64,000 bases of DNA from Actinomycetota bacterium (GCA_014360685.1 JACIXB010000016.1:124263-188262), one strand, 5' to 3'; shown: positions 30,536-39,991, counted from the first letter of the stretch. The notes: generated by a model not told the origin, from the letters alone. A program made the numbers and translations.

Positions 30536-33500
30536 ATGCTCAGGACTTCAGTCCAAAAGATTATCAACCTACTGGTAATCATCATCCTCGTGGGCGCCGT
30601 CGCCCTGGGAGCCTTCGCCCTTATCCCCTCCCGGAACCCCGCCGGTCCCCTGATCGGAAAAGTGCTCTCCAGCAAGAAAAACCTCTCCGGCCTCCTGGCC
30701 AACCTGGACCCGGCCGAGCTGGCCGAGGCCCTGCGCGAGAATCCTGACATGATGAGCGACCTCTTCGCCGAGCTGGGTGAGGAGGGAGCGAAACTCATCG
30801 CCCGGCAGGTCAACGAGAGCCCGGAGTTCATATCCGCCCTGCTCTCCGAGTTGGACCCGGCCACCCTGGCCGCGGCTCTCAACGACCCCCGGTCCTCGGA
30901 ATTCACGCTGGCCCTCATGGATTACCTGGACCCGGCGGCCATAGCCTCGGTGGTCAACCGCAGCGGTGATTTCATATCCGCGATGGTGGGCCACCTGGAC
31001 CCCAAGGTGGTCGCGGAGGCGGTCAACGCAAACGGCGATTTCCTGACCGCCTCCACGGCGGCCATGGACCCCCCGGTCCTGGCCCAGGCGGTGAACGAGA
31101 ACGGCCCCTTCGTGACCGCGCTTATCAGCTACCTGGACCCGGCCGTCCTGGCCGCGGCCATGAACGCCAATCCCACCCTGGTCTCCGACCTCATGGGATA
31201 CCTGGACACCGCCGTGGTGGCCCAGGTGGTGAACGCCAACGGGCCCTTCATCTCCGGGCTACTGGGCCACCTGGACCCCCAGGTCCTCACGGCGGGGATG
31301 AACGCCCGACCCACCTTCCTGTCCCGGCTGATGGCCCACCTGAGCCCGTCCACCATAGCTTCGGTGCTCAACGCCAACGCCGATTCCACGTCCGATCTTC
31401 TGGGGTACCTCTCCAACGACCTGCTGCTCAACGTCCTCGCGGTGACGGCGCACGACACGGGATGGATGAACCGCCTCCTGGCGGCGCTCGACCCATCCGT
31501 GCTGGCGGCGGCGGCCAACAACTCCTCCCCCTTCACCTCCGGGCTGCTTCAGGCCCTGGATCCGGCCTGGGTGGCGGGGATCGCCAACGCCCACCCGGAT
31601 TTCGTCTTCCAGGTCATGGACGCCGTCTCCCCCGAGCTGGTGGCCACCATGCTCAACAACGGCACGCTGCTCACCCGGGTATTGCCGTTGGTGGACACGG
31701 CGGCCGTCGGGGCGGCGCTGGGCGAGCACACGGATTTCGTCACCCGGCTCCTGCCCCTCCTGGACCCGGCGTTGGCCGAGATCACCAACGAGGCCCTCAA
31801 GACCAACCCGGACCTGGTGCGCGCGGTGCTGGCCAACCTGGACGGGGCCCAGCTGGCCTCCGCCCTGTCCCAGGCCCCCTCCTTCCTCACCGGGGTGGTG
31901 GAGGGGATCGCCCCGGACACCGTGGCGGCCATGCTCAGGGGATCCAACCAGAACCCGGATCTTTTGATCAACCTCACCAACGCCCTGGATGCGGAGGCCG
32001 TATCCCATGCCCTGGACCTCTCGGGTACCTTCGTGCCCACCCTTCTGGCCCTCCTGCCCGACAACGTGGCCCAGGCGGCGGCGCAGGCCCTGAACGACAA
32101 CCCGGCCCTCCTGGACACGGTCCTCTCCACGGCGGATCCGCAGGTGTTGGCGGGCATCCTTAACTCCGGCGCCGCGGACGCTCTCATCGCCGGGCTCATC
32201 CCCCTCCTCAACGAGGGGATCGCCCAGGCCGTGGCCCAGGGGGTCAACGCGGACGCCGCCCAGCCCACGGAGCAGTCCATGATCAAGTCCCTCATCCTGG
32301 CCACGGATGCCGAGGTCCTGGCCGGGGCCATCAACGACAACCCGGAGTTCGTGGCCGGGGTGCTCCAGGAGCTCTCCACGGAGGCGGCGCGGGCGGTGGC
32401 AGAAGGCATGAACGCCAACCCGGCCACGGCGAGCACCGTGGCCCGCTATCTCAACGGGACCACCAGCCGGCGCATCGCCGAGGCCCTCAACCTCAATCCG
32501 GGGATCATCCGTCCCCTGGTGGAAAACTTGAGCCCCGAGGTGGGAAGGGCCGTCGCCGAGGGCCTCAACCAGAACACCAGCGATCTCAGCCTGCAACTCA
32601 TGGCCAACCTCAACCAGGCGGTGGGAATGGAGATAGCGGCGGGGCTGAACGCCAACCCGGAGCTCATGGAGGAACTCCTCCCCAACCTCAACGGTTACGT
32701 GGGAAGCGAGATCGCCGCGGGTTTGAACGAGAACTCCCTGAACCTGAGCCCCTCCTTCCTGGAGGCCATGCTCTCGGCCACCTCGCCGGATTTCGCCCAG
32801 GTGATAGTGGAGGTCATAAACAGGCCTCCCTACGACATGGACACCTTCCTGGCGCAGCTCATCCTGGGCCTGAACGAGGATACCGCCAGGGCGGCGGCGC
32901 AGGGGTTGAACGCCAACCCCACCCTGGTGGAATACCTGCTGCGCAACCTGGACGGGGAGGCCACGGCGGAGCAGATGAACGCCAACGCCGACTGGACCAT
33001 CGCCCTCATCCAGAACCTCGACCCCGACGCCCTGGCCGACGCCATAAACGGCGCCCTCTCAACGGCGGGGGGCAGGAACTTCGTGACCGCGCTGCTCCAG
33101 GGCCTGGACGGGGCCATCGTGGGCAGGGTTTTGAGCAACAACCCGCAGCTCACCGAGGAGCTGTTGAAACGCGCCGGCGGTTGGGATCCCGACGGGCCCG
33201 GGCCCAAGACTTCCATCCACTTGGGGACCACCTTGAAAGACCTGCTCAAGGACGCGGGTGCCGGCGATCCGAGCGGGTTCCTCACCACCCTGCTTAACGG
33301 CCTGGACGCCGACGTGATCATCAGGGTGATCAACAACGCGACGGGCATAAGGAATACAAAAGGGGATCTGAACGATCCGGCCAACCGTGGTCCTTACTAC
33401 GACGATCCGAGGCTGAAATACCGGCCTTATACCTTCCTGGACGTGACCTGGTTTAAGGTCTGGATGCAGGCGAACATCCTGCCCATTCCTATGGCGGGCT

Positions 33501-33541
33501 GGAGCAAGATCGAGGGCGATGCGGAACGCTACGACTGGTGA
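30536..33541 (+). CDS. membrane-anchored giant tandem-repeat protein, paralogue 1 (unknown family)
   Basis: 1001 aa. One N-terminal TM helix, about 37 tandem 23-26-aa repeats, and a 59-aa non-repeat tail ending ...WFKVWMQANILPIPMAGWSKIEGDAERYDW. Third-position GC is high throughout. Confidence 0.85.
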   Translation: MLRTSVQKIINLLVIIILVGAVALGAFALIPSRNPAGPLIGKVLSSKKNLSGLLANLDPAELAEALRENPDMMSDLFAELGEEGAKLIARQVNESPEFISALLSELDPATLAAALNDPRSSEFTLALMDYLDPAAIASVVNRSGDFISAMVGHLDPKVVAEAVNANGDFLTASTAAMDPPVLAQAVNENGPFVTALISYLDPAVLAAAMNANPTLVSDLMGYLDTAVVAQVVNANGPFISGLLGHLDPQVLTAGMNARPTFLSRLMAHLSPSTIASVLNANADSTSDLLGYLSNDLLLNVLAVTAHDTGWMNRLLAALDPSVLAAAANNSSPFTSGLLQALDPAWVAGIANAHPDFVFQVMDAVSPELVATMLNNGTLLTRVLPLVDTAAVGAALGEHTDFVTRLLPLLDPALAEITNEALKTNPDLVRAVLANLDGAQLASALSQAPSFLTGVVEGIAPDTVAAMLRGSNQNPDLLINLTNALDAEAVSHALDLSGTFVPTLLALLPDNVAQAAAQALNDNPALLDTVLSTADPQVLAGILNSGAADALIAGLIPLLNEGIAQAVAQGVNADAAQPTEQSMIKSLILATDAEVLAGAINDNPEFVAGVLQELSTEAARAVAEGMNANPATASTVARYLNGTTSRRIAEALNLNPGIIRPLVENLSPEVGRAVAEGLNQNTSDLSLQLMANLNQAVGMEIAAGLNANPELMEELLPNLNGYVGSEIAAGLNENSLNLSPSFLEAMLSATSPDFAQVIVEVINRPPYDMDTFLAQLILGLNEDTARAAAQGLNANPTLVEYLLRNLDGEATAEQMNANADWTIALIQNLDPDALADAINGALSTAGGRNFVTALLQGLDGAIVGRVLSNNPQLTEELLKRAGGWDPDGPGPKTSIHLGTTLKDLLKDAGAGDPSGFLTTLLNGLDADVIIRVINNATGIRNTKGDLNDPANRGPYYDDPRLKYRPYTFLDVTWFKVWMQANILPIPMAGWSKIEGDAERYDW
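30704..33361 (+). repeat. in-frame array of 23-26-residue repeats (69-78 nt period), paralogue 1; boundaries approximate
   Basis: For example LDPAAIASVVNRSGDFISAMVGH / LDPKVVAEAVNANGDFLTASTAA / MDPPVLAQAVNENGPFVTALISY. Later units resemble LNQAVGMEIAAGLNANPELMEELLPN. Confidence 0.85.
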
Positions 33542-33571
33542 TGAGCGCGACTACTATGAAGAACTGGGAAG

Positions 33572-36472
33572 ATGTTGTTGCGTAAGCCGGTGCAGATAGT
33601 GGTCAACCTGGTGGTCATCCTCCTCCTTGTGGGGGTGGTCGCCGGAGGAGTGGTCATGCTCCTCCCGGTCAAGGGACCCATGGGGACCTTACTGGGGAAG
33701 ATGGCCTCCCAGCGGCAGACCTTGGCCGGCATCATCGAAGGGCTGGATCCCCACGAGGTGGCCAAGGCCATAAGCGAGAACCCGGAATTCCTCTCCCAGC
33801 TCCTGGCCGAGCTTGAGGACCCGGAGAACCTGGAAGCCACGGCCCGGGCGGTGAACGAGCACCCCGACTTCCTGCTGGCCCTGGTATCGGAGCTCGATCC
33901 CGAGCCGGTGGCCCGGGCGGTGAACGAGAACGGGGAGCTCATCTCCAGGATACTCCCCCTCCTGGACGTGCAGGCCCTGGCCGACACCGTCAACCAGAGC
34001 GGGGACTTCACCGCTTCCCTTTTTCCGGAGCTCGATCCGGAGGTCATCGCCCGGGTGGTGAACGAGAACGGGCCCTTCCTGACCGCGCTGGTCTCCTACC
34101 TCGACCCGGCGGTGGTGGCCGCTTCCATGAACGCCAACCCGGGTTTCACCTCCCAACTTCTCTCCCACTTGGACGCGGCGGTGATCGCCTCGGCGGTGAA
34201 CGCCAACGGGAGCTGGATCTCCGCCCTCCTCTCCATGCTGGATCCCGCTCCCACCGCCCAGGCCATCAACGGGAACCCGACCTTCCTCTCCAACCTCCTG
34301 CGCAACCTCAACCCCAGGGTCCTCGCCTCGGCGGTGAACGCCAACGGCTCCTTCCTGGCGGGGATGATGCGCTACATGGACCCCCAGGGCCTGATCACCG
34401 CCATCAACCAGAACAAGTCATTCCTAGTGGGGGTGGTCGACCGCATGGACCCGAGCGCCTCGGCGCGCATAGCCTCGGACCAGAAGTTTCTCACCCGTAT
34501 CCTGGGGCTCCTCAACCCGGCACCCGTGGCCGCCGCCCTGAACGGCAACGCCGATTTCCTCAAGGCGGTGATGGATCAGCTCGACCCCCGGGGCCTGGCG
34601 GCATCCCTTAACGGCACGGGGGACAACGTGGCGGCCATCGTGAGTTACTTGAGGGACGATTACATCACCTACCTGGCCAACGACGAGGAATTCCTCAACC
34701 AGGTCATCCCCCTCATCGACCAATCCGCCCTGGCCGGGGCCCTGAACGCCAACGCCGGGTTCATCGCCTCCCTGCTGGCCGATCTCCCGGCTTCGCTGGG
34801 GGAGGCGGCGGCCCTGGGCCTGAACCTGGCCCCGGATTTCATCGAACGCATGATCGCCAGCTCGGATCCCGCCTTTTTGGCCGGGGTGCTGGAGAGCGCG
34901 GGCAACTTCCTGACCTCCCTTCTGGCCAACCTGGACGAGAGCGTGGCCCAGGCGGCGGCTGAAGGGGTGAACAACAACCCGGACCTGGTGGACGCCGCGC
35001 TGTCCAACCTGGACGTGGACGGTCTCCTGGATATCCTTGAGGCCACGACCGGGTTCACCGAGGAACTCTCCGCCCATCTTTCCCCCCTGGCGGCGGCGGG
35101 TATAGCCGTGGGCTTGAACAACAACATGAATTTCCTGGCCACCCTGATAGGGGAGCTGGATGCCCACGGGCTGGCCACCCTGCTCTCGCTGCACCCGGAT
35201 GTCACGCAAGAGCTCTCCTCTTACCTGGATTCCCGTTTCGCCGGAGCGGTCGCCGAGGGGCTTAACCGGGGCGGCACCTTCCTCGCTCAACTCATCTCCT
35301 ACCTGGACCCGGCGGTCATAGCCCAGGCCCTGGACGTGAACCCCGCCCTCACCCGGGACCTCCTGGCCAACCTCGACGGAGACCTGGGGCGGGCGGTGGC
35401 CGAGGCGGTGAACGAGGACCCCTCCTTCCTGGTGGAGGTGCTGGCCAACCTCTCCTCCGCCACCGGGCAGGCCATGGCCGAGGGGACCAACCTCAACACC
35501 AGGGGGTTTTTGGAGAACCTCGTCGCCAACCTCGACGAGGACGTGGCCGCCGCGGCGGGTGAGGCCATCGGTTACGGGGACCCCATGTTCCTGGTCCAGT
35601 TGGTGGGCAACCTCAAGGCGGATACCGGGGTGAGGATGGCCCAGGCCGCCAACGCCAACCCGGGGCTCATGGAGGTGATCATGATGAACCTGGCCCCGGA
35701 AACGGCGCGGGCGCTGGCCGAGGGCCTGAACTTGAGCACGAGCCAAAACCCAGGTTTCCTCAACAACATCATAGCCAACCTGAACGAGGACACCGGGAGG
35801 GCCGTGGGCAGGGGCCTGAACGCCATGGCCGCCGGGGGCAAGGACTCGGCGCTTTACATAACCTTGGCCGGAACGCAGGACCACACCGTGGAGGCCATAG
35901 CCGACGCACTGGAGGGGAACACCTCCTTCCTGGACGCCCTGATCAAGAGCCTGGACGCCGCTTCCCTGGCCGCCGGGGTTAACGCCGGCATCGACGCCGC
36001 CTCGGGTCCCGTCCCTGGCCAGGCACCGGGCTATTTCCTGCGCAACCTGCTGGCCAACCTGGACGCCGCCGTGCTGGACCGGGTGACCGACGAGGCGGGG
36101 ATGGACCTAGCCAGGAGCCTGCTGGGCGCGAATCCCGGCCCCAGCCTCCTGCGGGGGGACCTGGTGGCCGACGCCCTGGAGGGCGGCCTGGGGAACCTGG
36201 TGAGCGAGATCCTCTCCGAGCTGGATGCCTACGAAACGTTGCAGACCATGAACCAGGCCATGCCCTATTCCGAGCAGTTACTGGTGGACATGATGGCCAC
36301 CAACCCGGACCTGGCGGTGGTGCTGGGGGATGCCATCACCAACAGCGTGAATTCAGGCGATGGTCTTTTCCATCACCTGGGGATCGGGGTGCGACTTAGA
36401 TTGAGATTTATCTTCGAGATTGACATTAAGGGTTGGGGGTTCATAACCAGTGCTGCCGGAGGAGTATGGTGA
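33572..36472 (+). CDS. membrane-anchored giant tandem-repeat protein, paralogue 2
   Basis: 966 aa. It starts 30 nt after paralogue 1 and has the same architecture. The tail is ...GLFHHLGIGVRLRLRFIFEIDIKGWGFITSAAGGVW. Confidence 0.85.
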   Translation: MLLRKPVQIVVNLVVILLLVGVVAGGVVMLLPVKGPMGTLLGKMASQRQTLAGIIEGLDPHEVAKAISENPEFLSQLLAELEDPENLEATARAVNEHPDFLLALVSELDPEPVARAVNENGELISRILPLLDVQALADTVNQSGDFTASLFPELDPEVIARVVNENGPFLTALVSYLDPAVVAASMNANPGFTSQLLSHLDAAVIASAVNANGSWISALLSMLDPAPTAQAINGNPTFLSNLLRNLNPRVLASAVNANGSFLAGMMRYMDPQGLITAINQNKSFLVGVVDRMDPSASARIASDQKFLTRILGLLNPAPVAAALNGNADFLKAVMDQLDPRGLAASLNGTGDNVAAIVSYLRDDYITYLANDEEFLNQVIPLIDQSALAGALNANAGFIASLLADLPASLGEAAALGLNLAPDFIERMIASSDPAFLAGVLESAGNFLTSLLANLDESVAQAAAEGVNNNPDLVDAALSNLDVDGLLDILEATTGFTEELSAHLSPLAAAGIAVGLNNNMNFLATLIGELDAHGLATLLSLHPDVTQELSSYLDSRFAGAVAEGLNRGGTFLAQLISYLDPAVIAQALDVNPALTRDLLANLDGDLGRAVAEAVNEDPSFLVEVLANLSSATGQAMAEGTNLNTRGFLENLVANLDEDVAAAAGEAIGYGDPMFLVQLVGNLKADTGVRMAQAANANPGLMEVIMMNLAPETARALAEGLNLSTSQNPGFLNNIIANLNEDTGRAVGRGLNAMAAGGKDSALYITLAGTQDHTVEAIADALEGNTSFLDALIKSLDAASLAAGVNAGIDAASGPVPGQAPGYFLRNLLANLDAAVLDRVTDEAGMDLARSLLGANPGPSLLRGDLVADALEGGLGNLVSEILSELDAYETLQTMNQAMPYSEQLLVDMMATNPDLAVVLGDAITNSVNSGDGLFHHLGIGVRLRLRFIFEIDIKGWGFITSAAGGVW
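33743..36355 (+). repeat. in-frame array of 23-26-residue repeats, paralogue 2; boundaries approximate
   Basis: For example LDPEPVARAVNENGELISRILPL / LDPEVIARVVNENGPFLTALVSY / LDPAVVAASMNANPGFTSQLLSH. Confidence 0.85.
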
Positions 36473-36490
36473 CGGGCGGGTGATGGAGCC

Positions 36491-39409
36491 GTGTTTCTGA
36501 TGAAGAAGCCCGTACAATTGGTGGTCAATGTAGCGGTTATCGTTCTTCTGGCCGCCTTCCTGGTGGTGGGAGGGATCATGGTCCTGCCCTCCCGGAGCCC
36601 CCTGGGATCCCTCCTGGGGAAGGTGGCCTCCGACGTCGAGCTGCTCTCCAACATGCTCAAATACACCGAACCCCGGGCGGTGGCCGAGGCCCTCAACGAG
36701 AACCCGGACTTCGTCTCCCGGCTTCTTAAGGCCATGGTGGAGGAGGGGACGGTGGCGGTCGTGGCCCAGGTGGTCAACGAAAACCCGGACTTCCTTTCCG
36801 CGGCCATGCCCTACCTGGACCCGGAGGCCGTGGCCTACGTGGTCAACAGCTCAGGAGATCTGCTGGCGGGGCTCCTGGGCTACCTGGACCCCCAGGTCGT
36901 GGCCCAGGTGGTCAACGAGAACGGTGCCTTCCTGGCCGAGCTTCTGGGCTATCTCGACGCCGAAGCCCTGACCGCGGGCATCAACCGGAACGGGCCCTTC
37001 CTCTCCGCGGTGATGTCCTTCCTGGACCCGGCGGTGGTGGCCGGCGTCATCAACCAGAACGGACCCTTCCTAACCTCGCTCATGGGGCTTTTGGATCCGG
37101 CGGGCACGGCGCGGGTGGTCAACGAGAACGGGGCTTTTCTCTCGGCCCTGGTCTCCTACCTGGATCCGGTGGTCGTGGCCCAGGTGGTCAACGAGAACGG
37201 GAACATGTTGGCCGCCTCCCTGGACTACATAGAACCCGCGGTGGTGGCCGGCGTCATCAACCAGAACGGCCCCTTCCTGGCCTCGGTCATGCGCTACCTG
37301 AACCCCGCGGTTCTGGCCGGTGCCCTCAATGCCAACGTGTCCTCGGCGGTGAGGATAATCCGCTCCATCTCTCCCGAATACCTGGCGGATATCCTCAATT
37401 CCACCACCATGCTCTCCGCGGCGGCTCCCTACATGCAGCCCGTCCCCGTGGCCGGGGCCCTCATGTCGGCCACCGATTTCGTGAACGACCTTTTGAACTT
37501 CCTGGACCCCGCCGTGGTGGCCGATCTCATCAACTCCTCCATCGACCTGGTGCGGAGGACCACCGACTACGTGGACCCCGGCTTCGTGGCCGACCTCATC
37601 TCCAACAAGGCCATGCTCTCCCGGGTGCTGGGGCTCTTGGACGTCAACGTCCTGGCCGACGTGGTCAACGCCAACCCGGGTATGACCGCCGACCTCCTAC
37701 CCCTGCTGGAACCCCAGGTGGGGGAGGGCCTGGCGGCGGGCCTGGGGGCCAACCCGGACCTCATCGTGGAGGCCCTGCAGGCCCTCGATCCGGCCATCGT
37801 GACCAACGCCCTCAACGCCCACCCGGAGATCTCCGAGGAGCTGTCCAAGCTGCTACCTCCTTCGCTGGGGGTCCCCGTGGCCCAGGGGCTCAACCAGAAC
37901 CCGGAGTTCATCGGGGCGCTCCTGGCCGCGCTGGACCCCGTGCCCATAGCTGCGGCCCTCTCCGCGCACACCGATTTCCTCTACGATCTGTTGTCCGGGA
38001 TCTCGCCCCCCGTGGCCGCGGCCATGGTGGAGGGGTCCAACCGCAACCCCGATTTCCTGGCTTCCCTTATCTCCCACCTGGATCCGGAGACCGTCGCGGG
38101 GGCAGTGAACGCCAACCCGGATTTCCTGCGCACCCTCCTCTCCGACCTGGAGGGAAGCCTGGGGACGGCGGCGGCCCAGGGCATGACGCGGGATTTCCTG
38201 TCCGCCCTCATCGGGGGCCTGGACCCGGCGGTGGTCGCCCAGGCGGTGAACGCCAACCCGGATTTCCTGCGTGACTTCCTGGCCAACGCCAGTTCCCTGA
38301 CCGCCGAGTACCTGGCCAAGGGAATCAACACCCACGTGGCCTCGCATCCGCTGGGACAGGACCTCATATCCGTGCTGGTGACCAATATCAGCGAGGATAC
38401 GGCCGCGGCCCTGGCTCAGGGCATCAACCGGAACGTGGCTGCGAACCCGGCCGACAACCTACTCACCGGGCTCCTGGCCAACACCACGGGAGCGGTGGGA
38501 GTGGCCCTGGCCAATGGATTGAACACCAACCCGTCTTTCATCAGGGTCCTCATCTCCAACATCGATCCGGTGGTGGGAGTGGCCGCCGCCTACGCCTTGA
38601 ATTACTCCTGCCAGCGGGCCCAGGCGGATCCCCAGTACCAGTTCCTGCGCAAGCTCTTGGCCAACCTGGGGCCCGAGGTGGCGGAGGCTTCCGCCGACGG
38701 CCTGGCGAATAACCTTGACCCGGAGGGAATGGTCTCCGCCCTGGTGACCAACCTCGACCCCGGCCTGGTGGCCCCCCTCATCGCCGCCGCGGTGAACGCC
38801 AATGCCGCCTCGCAGGCCATGATCCAGGCGGTGGTCTCCCAGCTGGACGCCACCACCGCCCAGACCATAGCCCTGGCCTTGAACGCCAACCCGGGCATGA
38901 CCTCGGTTCTGTTGCAGTCCCTGGATCCCGCCGTGGTGGCGCGGTTGCTGAACGACAACCCGTCCTTTCTCTCCGCCCTCATATCCAGCCTGGACGGCTC
39001 GGTGATCGCGGAGGCCGTCAACCAGGAGTATGCCATGCATCCCGGAAACTCCCTTCTGGAGAGGCTCCTTCCCCTCATGAGCGGCGCGGACCTGGCGGAG
39101 CTGCTCAACGACTACGGCTACCAGTTCCTGGTGGACCTGCTTTCCCACCTGGACGGCACGGCGGTCGCCCAGGCCCTTAACACGCCGGCCGGGGAGACCT
39201 TCCTCACCGAACTGCTGGTGTTCATGGATCCCGACCTGGTGGTGGACCTGGTCAAGGCGGAGTCCGACTGGCCCAACGGCGGGGCCGTCAAAGAGCTGGT
39301 GATCCACATCTTTGTGTACAGGTCAGAATTGATCGGGCTTGGCGACTGTCAGTTCCGGGTGATGGATGCAGGGGTCTACATACCTCCCAACTGGCCTCCC
39401 TTCCCCTGA
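36491..39409 (+). CDS. membrane-anchored giant tandem-repeat protein, paralogue 3
   Basis: 972 aa. It starts 18 nt after paralogue 2 (GTG 36491; ATG 36500 is an alternative). The tail is ...VKELVIHIFVYRSELIGLGDCQFRVMDAGVYIPPNWPPFP. Confidence 0.85.
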   Translation: MFLMKKPVQLVVNVAVIVLLAAFLVVGGIMVLPSRSPLGSLLGKVASDVELLSNMLKYTEPRAVAEALNENPDFVSRLLKAMVEEGTVAVVAQVVNENPDFLSAAMPYLDPEAVAYVVNSSGDLLAGLLGYLDPQVVAQVVNENGAFLAELLGYLDAEALTAGINRNGPFLSAVMSFLDPAVVAGVINQNGPFLTSLMGLLDPAGTARVVNENGAFLSALVSYLDPVVVAQVVNENGNMLAASLDYIEPAVVAGVINQNGPFLASVMRYLNPAVLAGALNANVSSAVRIIRSISPEYLADILNSTTMLSAAAPYMQPVPVAGALMSATDFVNDLLNFLDPAVVADLINSSIDLVRRTTDYVDPGFVADLISNKAMLSRVLGLLDVNVLADVVNANPGMTADLLPLLEPQVGEGLAAGLGANPDLIVEALQALDPAIVTNALNAHPEISEELSKLLPPSLGVPVAQGLNQNPEFIGALLAALDPVPIAAALSAHTDFLYDLLSGISPPVAAAMVEGSNRNPDFLASLISHLDPETVAGAVNANPDFLRTLLSDLEGSLGTAAAQGMTRDFLSALIGGLDPAVVAQAVNANPDFLRDFLANASSLTAEYLAKGINTHVASHPLGQDLISVLVTNISEDTAAALAQGINRNVAANPADNLLTGLLANTTGAVGVALANGLNTNPSFIRVLISNIDPVVGVAAAYALNYSCQRAQADPQYQFLRKLLANLGPEVAEASADGLANNLDPEGMVSALVTNLDPGLVAPLIAAAVNANAASQAMIQAVVSQLDATTAQTIALALNANPGMTSVLLQSLDPAVVARLLNDNPSFLSALISSLDGSVIAEAVNQEYAMHPGNSLLERLLPLMSGADLAELLNDYGYQFLVDLLSHLDGTAVAQALNTPAGETFLTELLVFMDPDLVVDLVKAESDWPNGGAVKELVIHIFVYRSELIGLGDCQFRVMDAGVYIPPNWPPFP
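36662..39262 (+). repeat. in-frame array of 23-26-residue repeats, paralogue 3; boundaries approximate
   Basis: For example LDPQVVAQVVNENGAFLAELLGY / LDPAVVAGVINQNGPFLTSLMGL / LDPVVVAQVVNENGNMLAASLDY. Confidence 0.85.
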
Positions 39410-39979
39410 TACCAGGCTCTTCCTTATGGCATATCCGATCCCCGGCTCCGGAAGCAGGGAATTCTTTTCACTAAAGAACAATTCCACGGACAAGGTAAAT
39501 CGTTATCCTCGGGAATTCTGCCCTTCCACCCACATTCTTTTATCCGCCGAAACACGTTTGCGTTGGAGGGCCCATGAATTTTCCCAACTCGTGCCGTTTT
39601 GCCGTCATGATGTGGAAGGGCGAAGGGCTTTCGGTTGCCGGCGCCCGTTGTAAGGGCCGGGTATATAGGCCGGTTTGACTGCCCCATTCCGATTGTACCA
39701 ATCGCTGGACGAAGTCCGCCCATATCGTGGCCAAGCTTATTGCCTTATATGGATGGATATTGTCCGGGGTTTCCCTTAGAAATACTATCGGGAAAAGAAT
39801 TCACATTTTCAGTCAAGTATAGGCATCCCGAAAATGCGGGTCTCTTGTGGAGGACTCCGGGAGAATGGAACCTCTTCGCCGTTTGCCATACCATCTTCAC
39901 GATGGGGTTTGATCCGGAGATGAGAGGGGATTCCTTGCGCTGCCTTTGGTTCGCGCAGGGTATGGTATCCACCGGATGT

Positions 39980-39985
39980 TATAAT
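39980..39985 (+). promoter_or_regulatory. candidate -10 TATAAT 6 nt upstream of the sensor-kinase ATG (leaderless geometry)
   Basis: ggatgtTATAATtttcccATG with no Shine-Dalgarno. This is the same -10-to-ATG spacing as at murA. Confidence 0.35.
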
Positions 39986-39991
39986 TTTCCC

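Noticed and set aside
30536-39409. Regular 69-78-nt periodicity, which could be mistaken for a CRISPR array or a non-coding satellite.
   Set aside because: The periodicity is in-frame inside three long ORFs with strong third-position GC bias. The units are diverged at DNA level, with no invariant repeat/variable spacer alternation. No cas genes are nearby.
39635-39991. Upstream extensions offered by the ORF track:
- kinase, 39635
- murA, 25302
- coaX, 15003
- pyk, 49498
- ppx, 60606
- HadA-like, 56685
- protease, 27252
- folB, 7790
- sigma factor, 55843
   Set aside because: The extensions are low-complexity or low-GC3 and lack homology to the respective families. In several cases they overlap the preceding gene. 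Internal starts reproduce the canonical family N-termini and have a Shine-Dalgarno or leaderless promoter geometry.
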